DNA of 64,000 nucleotides from contig CM119372.1 of NCBI GenBank assembly GCA_051294905.1, forward strand, positions 4,280,001 through 4,344,000. The letters are read 5' to 3'. The stretch's first letter is position 1, and the number at the start of each line of letters is the position of its first letter. Source of the stretch: Botryllus schlosseri (lineage: Eukaryota). The position numbers and the translations under genes were made by a program. Positions 26,408 to 40,200 of this stretch are shown piece after piece. Under the pieces are notes generated by a model. The model did not search any database, had not been told where the DNA came from, and saw nothing but the letters and a program-made list of their open reading frames with translations.

Positions 26408-27631
26408 TCATAGACGAAATACCAATAATGTCGTAACTTTACTTTTCTTCGAAGTTACAATGAAAAGTCTGTCTTGGCCGTCCTAGTCTCGAGCCATATG
26501 ACTTGGTTCGAGTCATGCACAATTGACTGGAGTCAAGTCATTTCACGCATTTCTGAAAAGGACTCGAGTCAAGAACAGTCACCAAAGAATCGCGACTCGA
26601 GTCATTACAACCCTGTGTCGTACCCTTTAAAGCAGCTTCTCGCTGATATGCGTTGAAATAGGCCCTACGAAATGTAATCTTTTAGGGGATTTCAGCCTCT
26701 TTTCTCAACAAAAGGGAATGGTCCTCCGAGGACGCTCCAATGCCCACTTTTTTCGCATTTCGTTAGGTCCTCATACTCGCAACATGACTTTTAGGTGAGA
26801 CGTTGTATTTATGTCCAAAAAATGTGTAGACATGAAACATGCTCGTTGCCGGTTTAAAAAGGCTTTCCAAGAAATTGCCCTACCCCCTTGATTGTTATTG
26901 CAACCGTTGTGCGACTTTCTCTGTGACATCTGGGCCATTTTACATGCGAGGATCTAGTGCTGTTTTTTTTTCAATTTATCCGCAATAGCGCAAAGAAAGA
27001 GACAGCGTATTTATCGGATCAGTTTCGAGCATCTTGACGTTTGCATATAATTTCAATGATATTTCGTGTAAACAATTTCACGATCTCGTTGACATGATCA
27101 TTCCTTATTTGCAAAAACCGCGAAGTATCAATGGCCTGAATCTGAAAATTAAATTTGATTTAAAGTTATTGTCACTTTGTCGGTGACTACCAGAAAAATG
27201 TAAAACGTTATCAAACTCAAAGGTAACCAATGCTACTTCCGTTTTACTTGCTTGTAAAACTGAACTCCTTTTATGTTCTGAAGATATGGCAGGCCTGGTT
27301 GAAAGTCATCCCAAGATCTATGATCTGTACTACACAAAGCCAAATAAACCTCTTTCAATCGAGCATAGTCAGTACATCTTCTGTGCTGCAAATGTTAAGA
27401 AATGGTTGAACGGAATTTACACCATCATCTCACTGCCGACACGCAATAAAAAGGTTACTGTCCGACAAGGGGGAGCGCTGCAATCGATTGCCGACTTGCT
27501 GGCCAGAGCTAGCATTTCTCTTTGCCTTGTGCCGCGTTGAATTGGAGGATATTTCGATCATCATTACCAACCGCGAACAGTATACTTTTATAGGAAAAGA
27601 TACCGTTGACAGCGGAGTGAAAAGTTCTGAA

Positions 27632-27990
27632 CAAATCAATTGAAAATGGACACTTGGGACGCTGCAAGGCAATCATTTCTGCGGACAAGAATAATAAGCC
27701 ACGATGTCGCTGTAATCGATAATTCTCTATATGGGAAATGTGATAGACAAATGCATAGTGGCAGTTTGCAGAGCGTTTGATGTAATGCAAGGGTGGCGAA
27801 AGATGTTCACATTGCCAGACACATTTTCAACCCCACAAACGTCGTTAGTTACCGACATAAAGTGGAATTGTTTCTCCTCAAAGTATTGATTCACATCATT
27901 TTCTCGCCTAGAATTTTGCGGATCCTATGTGCGGTTCCGAAACAAGAAATAAGCTACATTCAATCTCACTATATTGATCTCACACACCTA
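27632..27990 (-). pseudogene. Decayed duplicate of the last two exons of the EML-like gene
   Basis: Colinear with 51303-51673. The GVWD codons read GTG TGA (stop), there is an internal deletion, and no upstream EML exons are present in this unit. Confidence 0.8.
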
Positions 27991-29337
27991 CAATATAAAA
28001 AAGAGTCGTAGGTATATTGAATCTAAATTCATTTTAGTCATTTTAAATCAGGGGTGGCCAACCTTTTCGGTCGAAGGGCCACATACAAGCGACGAACCAT
28101 TGCGCGGGCCACTATCCGCGCGCAGCGCCAAAATTCTTGAAAGTTTATAGGTCAATAATATTATTACGTGAGCATATTGCGGGCCTGCTGTATATCGCTG
28201 GACTCACTTCGCAAGGACTGGCCTATTCGGCGCCTGGGCATCTCGATATCGAAAGCTTTGGCCAACATGCGTCAATCATTTTGTGCCTAGGTTTCATCGT
28301 CGACGGTCTTTCTGCGAGCGCAAACGCAAGGTCGAGTGTTGGGCGACGCTTTCTCTCGTAATTGCGAATATAGAAATATGTACTCAATCTGGTACATTAG
28401 GCGTTCTTTTATTCTCTAGAGGGGGTAACAATATTAAAATATTGCGGGAATCGTGAAGATAATTCCGCCGCAGAATATTCTGCTTTATTGTAATGAACGA
28501 AGATCTACCAAAATTGTCACTGGCCCATGGGTCTGCCTATGCGTCGGAACTGATATTCTAGTCGTCACATCCCAAGTGTTGAGGCCACACAATCAAATGT
28601 TTGGTTGGCTTTGCAAGTTCGCAATCTGGGCAATCCATTTTTGATAACATTACTAATTTCGAAAATAACCTCGCGGGTCACTCAAAACCTTCTCGCAGGC
28701 CACGGGTTGGCCGGCCCTGTTTTAAATCATCCATCTAGAACTAGATGTCTCGTTGCGCAAGATAGCAGTTGAGCACTTGAGAAATCTTTTGAGGCATGTC
28801 CCTAAATATATATACCTAATGATATCTTCATATCACTAATTACAATACCAGCCGTCTACTCTACCGATTCACATTTTTGAACTAAGAAGGTTGTTGGCCT
28901 CACCTCACGACTACGTCGTACCTATGTACTCTTAGTATGAAGCGACCAGATTAATCACGTAAGAACCCATGCAACAGATATCTATAGGTCTTTCTTGTTG
29001 ACTTCAGAGAATTCGAAGTTTCGAAGATAACAGCATCCATCCAGCTATGTAGTTTGGGGGTTGCATTTTGTTCAGACTGGTACGAATCCAACAATAAGTC
29101 CTAGCATTTATCAAAAAGTGATGGCGTTTAGCCTACCGTCGTTTGAACGCTAAAACGCGCTTCATATGTAATAATGTAGTAATATATGTTTGAAAGCAAG
29201 TTGCTCAGTTTGCAAGGATCGATTAAAAAGATACGGATGGAGCTCGATTCCCCGACTGTCGGTAGAAATAACTCATCTAGGGCTGAGAAAATATCTAGCC
29301 TATTCATCAGGCGCGTATCCATTTCGAAACTCCTGGC

Positions 29338-31235
29338 CAATGTTCCCTCTAATTTTTCGCGAGTGTGCGCAAACATGCCAACTCACTGCGCAGGCCCTTG
29401 GACAACAGTGCGCAACCAGGCCCCCCATATTGTAATGAGCAGAACTTCAGGCTATACGCTGTTTCCCGTTACTTATCTGCTTCATTGGGTTTACGTTTAC
29501 TGAGTCACCTTTTCTCGCCTAAACGCGCGAGGCATAAGAAATATTTATAATTCATGACTGAATCGGTCAATATGATCGGGAATTGCGTATATATTGCTAT
29601 CAATTTTTATCCTCTCTCTGCTCACGTAATCTGATTTACCGGTAGAGCTGAGGGAGGTGTTTTTGAAAAGGTAGGACCCCTCCATAATAATTTAACATCT
29701 CCCGGTGTATATACCCGTTGGCAGGAACGAAACAGCACTTCGTTAGCCCGCCCCCATCCCCCAAAAAACTTGAGTCTTGGGCTCCCATAGGGTGATAAAC
29801 TGCCCCACCCCCCATTACATTGTTCGCTTTTGCCACGAAATTATAGTGGTACTGTTTAGTGAGCCAGCGCGAAGCGCGAAAGTTTTCGATAATTCATGAT
29901 AAAATCGGTCAATAAGATCGGGAAATGCATATTTTTTGCTATCAATTCCTTGTCCTCTCTGCTCACGTATAATCAGATTTACCGGTAGAGCTGAGTGAGG
30001 TGTCTTTGAAACTGCAGAGCCCGTAAATAATAATTGTAAATCTTCGGGCGGGCGGACCCGTTGGTATGACTTCGTTACATGATGTTATTTCGTGATCTCC
30101 TGTCTGTTATATTAAAAAATATAAAATCGCCCAAACGTAACAAAACTGAAAGATCACACGATTTCGGATTGGTCGCATGTTACATGGCCTAAAACTTGTC
30201 TTAGTGCGTCGTGGCGCGGTAATGGCCAACGCCGATATGCCCATTTCTATAAATCTACCGTATTTTTATTGGGGGAAGAGTACCGAATAATCAAGATATT
30301 TGGCGACTTGAAATCGCGCGCAGTGCGAAAAATTTTTGAAAAAGTTGCATAAATTTTTGAAACATACCCTGTACTTTATGCTAATTCACAAAATAATTTT
30401 GGGCCCCCTTCGAGCTCACCCCCCCCCGGGTGCGGCAGTTACGACCCTGCGACTACGAAGTGGGAACAATTCACCAATTTTCAGTATTTTCCTCCGGTAT
30501 TGCAAAAGTGTCCTCTTTTCAGATTTCCAAAATGTGGTAATCCTAGATATTACCTTATCGACAGAAAACGAATTGAATAATATCAAATTTTTAAGCTGAT
30601 GTAATTCAACGCCCTACAGTGCACAGTTGCAGCGTTTCCCGATCAACGTTTGCAAGGGGATGGATTTTTCAACAATGTTGGTGCTTGTACTTGCATATTC
30701 TGCATATTATCCTATCTCACCATACGTGATCAGATTTGCCTGATGAAAATGATGACTACGAAAATTCACGGCATGTAATTGTACAGTAAATCTTAGTTTC
30801 TCGCAGATTAACTTCGCGCTAGCCCATTGTTATTTAGTTAAACCATGTTATTTCGCCATTCCCAGAAAAGATTGTGCTACTGAAATGATATCAGTATCGC
30901 TCACGCGTACGAGACCATACTAAAAGAAAAATCTCTTTCGTGAGGCGCACGTCATTGCAAATTATCATTTCTTCACAGAGCGCAATATATTTACCTTTAC
31001 TGGCCGCACTTGTACCTCGGTTTCAGACTTCACCTATAACACTATTGGCCCCTGGCAATGTTCCCTCTGATTTTTCACGAGTCTGCGCGCTTGCGCGGTC
31101 CCTTGGAGAACAGCAATTAAAAAAAGAAAAAAAGTCATCCCTACGGATTTTTTGTGCGCAGCCAAGATTTTCTGTGCGCAGAGACCGGTTCAGCACTGCG
31201 CATTTGCGCACGTGCGCAGCTTAGAGGGAACATTG
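29338..31235. mobile_element. hAT-type element CAATGTTCCCTCT with nested inserts
   Basis: TIR CAATGTTCCCTCT / AGAGGGAACATTG; TSD CTCCTGGC on both sides. Confidence 0.8.
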
Positions 31236-34200
31236 CTCCTGGCCTCGCAAAACGAGCAAGAAAAGTGTTCGCCGTTTGTGGGCAGAGTGCCTTGCGCCGC
31301 GACGCGACTCACAGTTCGCGCCCGAGTTGGTTTAACTCCTGTGGCGCGACTGGCGAGTGGCGATTCGAGTTGCGGTTGCCTCCGAGACAAATATACGTCC
31401 TTTTTTTTATTGAACTTTGCATTACATCTCTCTCGTTGTCATGCTTTATAAGCCCACGTATCGCCCGTACTCATCTTATTAGTAACTAGACACATGCAAC
31501 CTACGCATGAAAGAGGCAATAGTCGGTTTCTATTCGTCGAAGGTTGACGCTGTCAGGTAACGAACCAACGCGGGACTATCGTGTCTAGGGTTGCATTTAA
31601 AACAAATGGTATTTTTAAACACTTTGTTTAAAACATGTTCTAAACAGAGTTTTAAACAAAGGCCTTTTTAAAAACAAAACAGAATTGTGTATTTTTTAAG
31701 TTGTATAATATGCCTTAATTATGTAAATACTTTCCAAAAACATGCTATATGAGCCTAGAGCCGATGTATACGATATGGGTTGGTTTGAACCCGCAAAATA
31801 GTCGGTTCAACAGTTATAGTACGTAGATTTAGATAATGGTACGAACTGAATGTTCTGATGATGATGACCGCCGACCGTAAAAATGCTGCATGACGACGTA
31901 GATATTTTTGGTCAGTATATGACAGAGGTTGGAAATCTATTTCGTCAAACGAGCTATATTTACCCTATATTTTCAATGGTGAATATCAATCCACTATGAC
32001 GTCACAATTGAATATACTAGACTTCATTGCTTGGAAAAAACTATAAAAAACATGTTTTAAATAAGGGCCTTGTTTAGAACATGTTTGTTTTAAATTGATT
32101 TTTGTTTTAAACACAACCCTATAGGTACAAATTTATGTGATGTTAATATATCATATTAAGATCTTGGTTGCTTTCACACCTTATTTAGCGTCCATGCACT
32201 TGCAACGTAATAATTTTATTTATCACACGAGCTTTCGGAGCTCCGTTCCTTCGTTAGGTGTTAAAGTGACTTACTAGTGTGTACCTTTATGACGTCATAG
32301 ACATTAAAATCGAAATTGTAATTTGAAACGACTACTGCAAGTTGTGGCACTGAAAATGAGGTTTGATAGCGTATATACAGTGATTAAATGCATATGCACC
32401 GAATTTCTCAACTGCAGCTTCGCACGGTGTAATGTGACATGCGCCCTCGATCTATATGTCACATTGTGAACCCAATGTATCTTCCGATACAACCCCAAAG
32501 CCAAATTCCCCCCTAAAAATTTCAAAATTCCTCCTAAGGGGGGAATTCCTCATCGGTTGGGAAGCACCGGCCTGTAATAAGCTATTGGCATGGGTCGTCT
32601 TGTCGCGATGAGCGCGAAATTCAACTCCGTGTATGCATTTCGTCAAAAGTATTGGTTGCTGCACACATTACAATCAAATATACACCCTTTCTCAACCCAG
32701 GTGATCAGATTCAAATTTAGCGCTGATGGAGGGGTGTCTTTAAAATATTTTGGGCGCGTAATTAATGATGATGTGCCTTCGGGTTGTTATTAATAACTTG
32801 TTGCATGTTGATATTTCTTTACATGCCATGGCGATTGTCTGTGTAGTAAAAACATGTATTGGAATCTCCTAAACGTACCAGAAAAACATTCATTCGTGAG
32901 AAGCATATACGATTTTAAGTTGGTATTTCTTTTGATTCCGCATTATCCTTCCCTTCGGTTCGCACATTTTGTACATAGGAAATCGGATTGCAAGGACTCT
33001 AACATATTGAAATCGAATAATAAAGTAACTGTGAATCGCGTGAGGCTCGAAAATTCGGGGGCCAACTCGTAAATTCAAATTGCATGATGACGGCCGCCAA
33101 AACACGCTAATTTGAATTATGTGGAGACGGCTGCACAATTACTGTTCTGTGCCTGCAGATTGGTCTCCCCTGGTCCAGCTAGACGGTTTACTTATTTAAT
33201 GGAGAAAATATCCAACTCGCACTCAGCCGCGACAGATGTTGGGTTAATGATTGTCAGTGATTGATATAAATTGTTGTTTTCTGGCCGTTTTTGCTGGCTT
33301 CATTCAACGGCCTTGCTCTGTGTATAGTACTCGTACGCCAGCATCGCAGTTTGATCTTAAACACGTTCATCACAGCTCACAGCTCACAGCTTCACAGCTC
33401 TTGTGCCAAATTCATTTCAGTATTTTGCCGAGAAGGATTTTCATGCTGTTCAGCATAGCCTTGATATAATTCAACGGATGCGCTTGGAAACTATTTTTAA
33501 ATAGCACGATTTGAGAGGCCATTATTCCGACCACAATTTCTCCGCCGCATCAAACGCTGCGATACTCAGTATGACTGGTACAGGCCGTAGCCTACGAAGG
33601 AAGTGGCTGCGTCACAGATCATTGTTATGGTTGGTTTTGATCTTCGTAGGCTACGGCTTGTGCCATGTCTTTTGATATCACTCAAATATGAATTGTTTCA
33701 GACAATCAGCCGACGCTGCTTTATGGTCAAAATAAGAGATATGTCGCTACTAAGCTCTGGTATATGCTTTCTAGAACTACCATGATTTCATTGGAATTAA
33801 TCCCGGGATCAGGATCAGAAATATAGCCTGAAATCCCGCCAGGATCTCGGAATCGGGATATATCGGGCCCGAGGTTACAACACTATGTGGAGCGTATACC
33901 AAAGTCATGGAGTTACAGAAACGCCGCATGATTTGTATAAAAGCATACAGTACTGATAGATTTTATTGCATTGGAGAAGTACAGCAGTAATATAAGAAAG
34001 TGAGCGATTAAAAGTTATCTTACCCAGGAACTCTTGGACAAATCAACATTGAGAAAACAAATTTCTAGCGCGCAATAAATGCACATCGGTGCTTCAATAG
34101 GCCTATCTGACTGTTTCAGAAAACGATACGATTACTGTGTTTTGTTGACAGCGCAGTGTTTTAGTTGAGATATAAGTTGAAATACAGCTCAATTCTTCAA

Positions 34201-34268
34201 ACTATGAACAGTTTGAACACTAAGTATTGAGAACAACGTTCCGGCATACGAAAAGCTATACTTTCAAT

Positions 34269-37200
34269 ATGCTCCTAAAACTTATCCAAAGTGTGGCGAT
34301 CATGACTGTGTTCCATCTCGAGAACAGCGGACATGCCGTCTCAGGAAAGGAGTTTGAGTCCCACGTCGACACGCTCGAATACCTCGGCAGGATAAAGCGT
34401 GACTCACGTAAACCCGCACAAAATAATGTACCGGCAGTCACTGTGAAAAATTTCCGTGCCCTTGACAATACACTGGGAAACGAGACTGTCACCTCAAATA
34501 CGCTAGATGCTGCGTATCGTGGAGACGAACTGGATATGGCAAATACGCCAGTTATCAACGCAGACCTCCGATTACCAGGAAGCTCCGCCAAGTCTACAAT
34601 GTTTCGAAGTAGGACTCTTCCTGATTTACGCAGCGCAACTATCACCTCACGATACGGTATAAATATCGCCGGCCCGTTCCAATTTATTAACTGGAACCAG
34701 GTGTATGTTGAAGAAATAAAACCATTTTTTCCGAGTCTGGCAGCGCTTGGTTCCGGGGAGCGCGATCTCGGGTGAGTAATTGCACGCTATGCCCGGTGAC
34801 TGGATGCATTCGTCAGCATGAAATTCCAATGTTGCACTATTTTGCTCAAGTCTTGTCACAGTGCAGTCGGTGTTCGTTGCTCCCACTTACTAGGCTTACC
34901 ATATTTTGGAAATCTAAAAAGAGGACACTTTAACAGAAATTTGAGGCTTGCAAAACCGGAGAAGAATTCTTAAAAAACGGTGAATTTTTCCCACTTTGTG
35001 ATCGGTTGACTAAAAAAAAAGTCAACTTTCCGCTCAGAGCTCAAAAAAGGTCAACTTTTCGCTCAGACCTCAAATCACCGTTTTTCACTTCGAAATAACC
35101 GCCGGGGCGTCACTTCTGTGCTAATTTGCGGCATATCACTCGCATTTTGCTCTAAGACCTAAATTTCCCAAAAAGAGGACAAAAGCTCAAAAAAGAGGAC
35201 AAAAGGGCGTCCTCCGAGGACACCTTCAAAAAAGTCAAAAAAGAGGGCAAATCCTGTTAAAAGAGGACGTATGGTAACCCTACCACTTACCCTTCATGTG
35301 ACCTTGACAACAATCAAAGATCAAACATAATATATCCTTCCCCAGTGACCTATAATGAAAACTATTGCTATGCTCAGTGGCTCCTATAGGGCGATCAGGG
35401 CATCACCCCCACCTAAAATTCTGTTCTATAACAATAATTTACCATTTAGAAACGAACAGCAATAAATATATACCGAAATCACTATGCGGCAACGCATTCT
35501 TCTTGTGCTTTCGCTTGTAAATGCCTACATGTAGCGAAGACTACGAAAATCGAATTATCTCCTGTGTTTACGCTTTGTAAATACCTAGCCTGCTAGTTGC
35601 CCCGCCAGTGCTGTAATGTAATAATGGTATCTTTATCTGGACTCTGTCACCGTCCTCTGCGCTGAGTCAACCTTCAACCGACAGGTAGGGCTGGGCACAA
35701 TGATTCGAGTACTCGAATCTGAATCGAGTATTAATTTAAATGATTCGAATCGAGTGGTATGATTGACCTATTGCAGCATACGAAACATATAGTACAGAAC
35801 TACGAACGTTCTTGGAAATAACTCATCTCAGAAGTCATGATCATCCCACAATATTGTCACGAAGTGCAATAAAATTGGTATGGTCGGAAAAGTACCAAAG
35901 TATCTTTAATGTGATGCATAACAGGTATTATATTTTTTGTGATGCCACAATGGATACATATTTGAACTTGGACATCTTACATACTGTTATGACGTCATAA
36001 TGAGTGATACTCGATTACTCGACTCGACTCGAAGCATAATGCGTGATTCAGAATCGAATCATCCAGGTATACTGTAATTTGCGCAGCCCTACCGACATGT
36101 GAGTTTTAGGAAGTACAAAACATTCAAAATTGAGTGTTAAACGTGTTGGTACAAATATGTGGCCGTGTAGTTGGACGTATTTTTTGTAACAGGCTCGGAG
36201 AAATCATCGCCAGGGTAGAACAATTATCATATGAAGAGCAACTCGATCAGGTATCACCACAGATGAGAATACAGTCGCATTTTTCAACTATTGCAATATG
36301 ATTTCCCTTCCAGGACTTCAGGCGGCTTACAGAAGGTAAATTGTTAACAAGTAGTGGCCTCGGGCTACGACCGCGACTGTGCGTGTGCGTGCGTGTGATT
36401 AGTGCAGGGCCGTAATTGCCGCACCCCAAACCCCCAATTGGAGGGGGCGAGCGAGCTCGAAGGGGGCACAAAATTGTTTCGTGAATTAGCATAAATTATG
36501 GAGTATTTTTTGAAAATTTATGCAACTTTTTCAAAAAATTTTCGCGCAATGCGCGATTTCAAGTGCCAAGTCTCTTAATTCTGGAGTACTCTTCCCCCAA
36601 GAAAAAATGCGCAACATTTATAGAAATGGCCATATCGGCGTTGGCCATTACCGGGCCATGATGCACCAATAAATATAAAGTTTTACGCCATGTAACATGC
36701 GACTCCAAGAAGTGTGCCAAAACGATCGACAGCGAGAAAACCTTGGCCGACAAGGACGGCCCTTTTGCGACCGAGAACTTCGTTATATATACAAAATACA
36801 TATAGGTTTATTAGGCGCCTAAATGACTGGCGCCGAATGTTCCTGTCTTGACAATCTGAACCTCACAAGACAGGGAAAAATTATATGCCAGTAAAGAAAT
36901 ACCAATTTGAAATCGTGTGTGTCTTTTAGTTTAGAAGCCTACGTTTGGGCGATTCTATATTTTTGATATAGCAGACAAGAGGTCACAAAATAACATTATG
37001 TTACGGAGTCATACCAATGGGCCCTACAGTTTCCATAACACCTCACTCAGCTCTACCGGTAAATCTGATTACGTGAGCAGAGAGGACAAGAAATTGATAG
37101 CAATATATGCAATCAATCATATTGACCGATTTTGTCATGAATTGTCGAAAATTTGCGCGCTTCGCGCTGGCTCACTAGGCAGTACGACTAATTTCGTGGC

Positions 37201-40200
37201 AAAAGCGACCAACGTGATTGGGGGTAGGTTTATCACCCTATGGGAACCCAAGACCCAAGTTTTTGTGGGGGCCTGACGAAGTGCTGTTTCGTTCCTGCCA
37301 ACGGCATACGCCCGAAGATGTTTAATTATTATTGAGGGGTCCTACCTTTTCAAAAACACCTCACTCAGCTCTGCCTGTAAATCTGATTACGTGAGCAGAG
37401 AGAGGATAAAAATTGATAGCAATATGTATGCAATTCCGGGTCATATTGACCGATTCAATCAGACTAGAAAAGCTGACTCAACTAACAATCTCCCATGTAG
37501 ATGACAAGTATCGTTAAACAGCGTATAACCTGAGGGGGTCTGGCGGGCAAAGCCCCCCAGAAGTCCGGTTTATCATCATATGGGGGGCCCAGGACCAACG
37601 TTTTTTTTGGGGGGGGGGCTGACGAAGTGCTGTTACGGCCCTGGTTAAGTGCTCACTTTCGAAATAGAGGCACACGCTCGAGAAGTCTGATTTAATCTTG
37701 TATTCCCCTGGTCAGACTTGAAGAACTACTCTATTGTCTAAGTAGATTGATATGCTGGTAATCTAATTCTAATCTAATTTGTGAAATGTTTTTTTTTCTG
37801 TAATTCTAATTTGTTTTGGTATCTTTTCAACTTAGCAGATATGTCATTTCCGCCAATGTGTGTGACTCTGCGCGTTTCGTACGCTGCGATGCGCGCTTGA
37901 TCGGCTTTCACAGCCTTCCCGAGTTGAAAATAGCATCGGATCTATAATATAATTCTCGTTGATAAATTAACTCATGGAAAAGAGTGTGCAATTTCATACT
38001 TGGATAGATCATCTCCTATGACTTGACTCGAATCAGAAGAATTAATACACGATTCGGGTTAACATTCACTCGAATCATTGTGGCCAAAGCTAAATTTAGC
38101 AGCGTTTATACTGGATATTTGATAAAATTGTTCGGTAAAGAAACGCTACACATCGAATTTGACTCATTGCCACCTTAGAAGGGAAGCTATAAGAGTAAAA
38201 TAATTTTGAATTATTTTTTAAAGCTGAAAAAATTTAAAATTACACTGTCTAACCCAGGGGTCACCAACACGCGGCCCCCGAGCAGCATGCGGCCTGTCAA
38301 GTCTAATTCTGCGGCCCGCGACTTGATTTGAGATTTCGGAAGAAAGCTCAGAAAACCAATTTGAAATGCTGAAATTTACTACTGTTTCAACATTTTGTTG
38401 TTGTTGTTGTTTCAAAATGAGCTATTCTCTTGAACCCAATATCACTATTCGTCACTAGCTAAAACGGCTGTGGAGATGGCAGCAACATTCCATCGAGGGA
38501 GAATCAGCTGATATGAATGGTCATATTGTCTTGACTTACGCTTAGAAAACGGCTTAGGGCAGTGGTTCCCAAACTGAGGAGCGCGCGGTCCTTGTGGGGG
38601 CGCGAAAGCATCTGATGGGGAGGCGGGGATGCGCTCAACTGAAAAGTTTTCGTGCTCCGCGCGATTTACCTCTAATTCATAGCTATTGCTCTGTGTATAG
38701 TCCGGAATTCATATTGTATAATTCTCTTATCAACAGTCATAACCTTCCATGCCATCAAACTAGCCGTTGGGACTGTTAGCATTCTGGTTGCATTTTGTGA
38801 TATGACGATTTTTCAGTATCATAAAGGGGGACGTGTCAAAAAAAGTTTGAGAACCACTGGCTTCGGGATTCCCCACAAGATCGAGTTTTACGTGGAGACG
38901 GTCTTTCAGCTAATCCAGGGGTTCTCAAAGGGTAGGCCATGGCCCACTGCATGGTGGGCCACAGAGCATTTTGAGGTGGGCCACAGAGCTATTTAGAAAA
39001 TTTCAGAATTGTTGTAAGTTTAGTTATATTTCTTATGTTATTCGCTAAAAATATATTCGTATTATCTAATTATACGTAGGCTACATAAAGCTTTTCATCC
39101 GACTATGATTAGACGTGGTGGCGCGTATGAAGTCAGCATTTACAAATCCAAAACGTTAGGGAGAAACGGTGGCTTTTTCTACTGGCTATGACAACCTACG
39201 GCTTACAGCAACTAAAATAATTTCAAGAGTATAATAACTGGAAGATAATGCTGAAGTAACCAAGTATTCCGGCAGGGTCATATGTCGTATGCCGTCGAAA
39301 GGGGTATGCAATGAAACCGCAATGAAGTGCAATTGATGTACAGATTTACTGTACTTCGGCAGGCCGTATTATTGTAAGCTAAAAATAGCCATAATTTCAA
39401 ATTATTAGTAACTTCCTGCGAAGGTATACTGCACCACCACAACGAATCTTAATGGATTGTGGATTTATCGGAGCTCATTAATCATTGAAGTCGGTTTGAA
39501 ATGTCCGGCCTGGAAATAAGTGTACATAATGAAAGAGTCACAGGAATTGATTGTATCATTGGATTGAATATTCTGACATCCAACTTCAGGTATTTTGGTA
39601 CAAGACAGACAAAGTACATCATGCATATTGAAAAATCTTTCTTCACTTCCCTATAGTACCCCATTCACCAATTAATTGTTTGATGCTGGCCCAGAATGAT
39701 TATAATATTCCCCACAATAGTATCACTAAAGTCCCGATCACACAGTGCGGGGATCTGATCATTGTGTTTCGCGACGCGAATGGAGCAGCGGACGAAAATA
39801 ATCTACCTAGGAGTTTTAGCTTATGATATACCAGGGCCGTAACTGCCGCACCCACACCCCCAATTGGGGCAGCTCGAAGGAGCCCAAGATTATCTCGTTG
39901 GTCGTTTGTTGGACGACATTTATTCAACTTGAAATTTCTTTTCGCGCTTCGCGCGTTTTCATATCCCGGGAGATTGAGATTTAAATATCATCAGTTAGAG
40001 AAAATGCGCATATTTTAGAGAAATAGGCTTATGGGCGCTGTCCATGACAACGCATTAAACAGGATTATGACTCTAGTATATCAGGTGGGCCACAGCACAT
40101 TTTTAAACCGGAAAATGGGCCACGGCCAAGAAAGGGCTGAGAACCCCTGAGCTAGTCACATATCTCGCTAGTCCCAATATCGATTCCTTAGTCGCTGAAA

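Larger units (their letters stand above)
15875..29297 (+). repeat. Segmental duplication unit 1 (GPCR upstream region + gene + EML 3' end)
   Basis: Homology to unit 2 starts at TATGTGG..TATACCAAAGTCATG and ends at GGTAGAAATAACTCATC.AGGGCTGAGAA. Intron blocks are shared, e.g. 22130-22480 vs 41770-42130. Confidence 0.85.
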
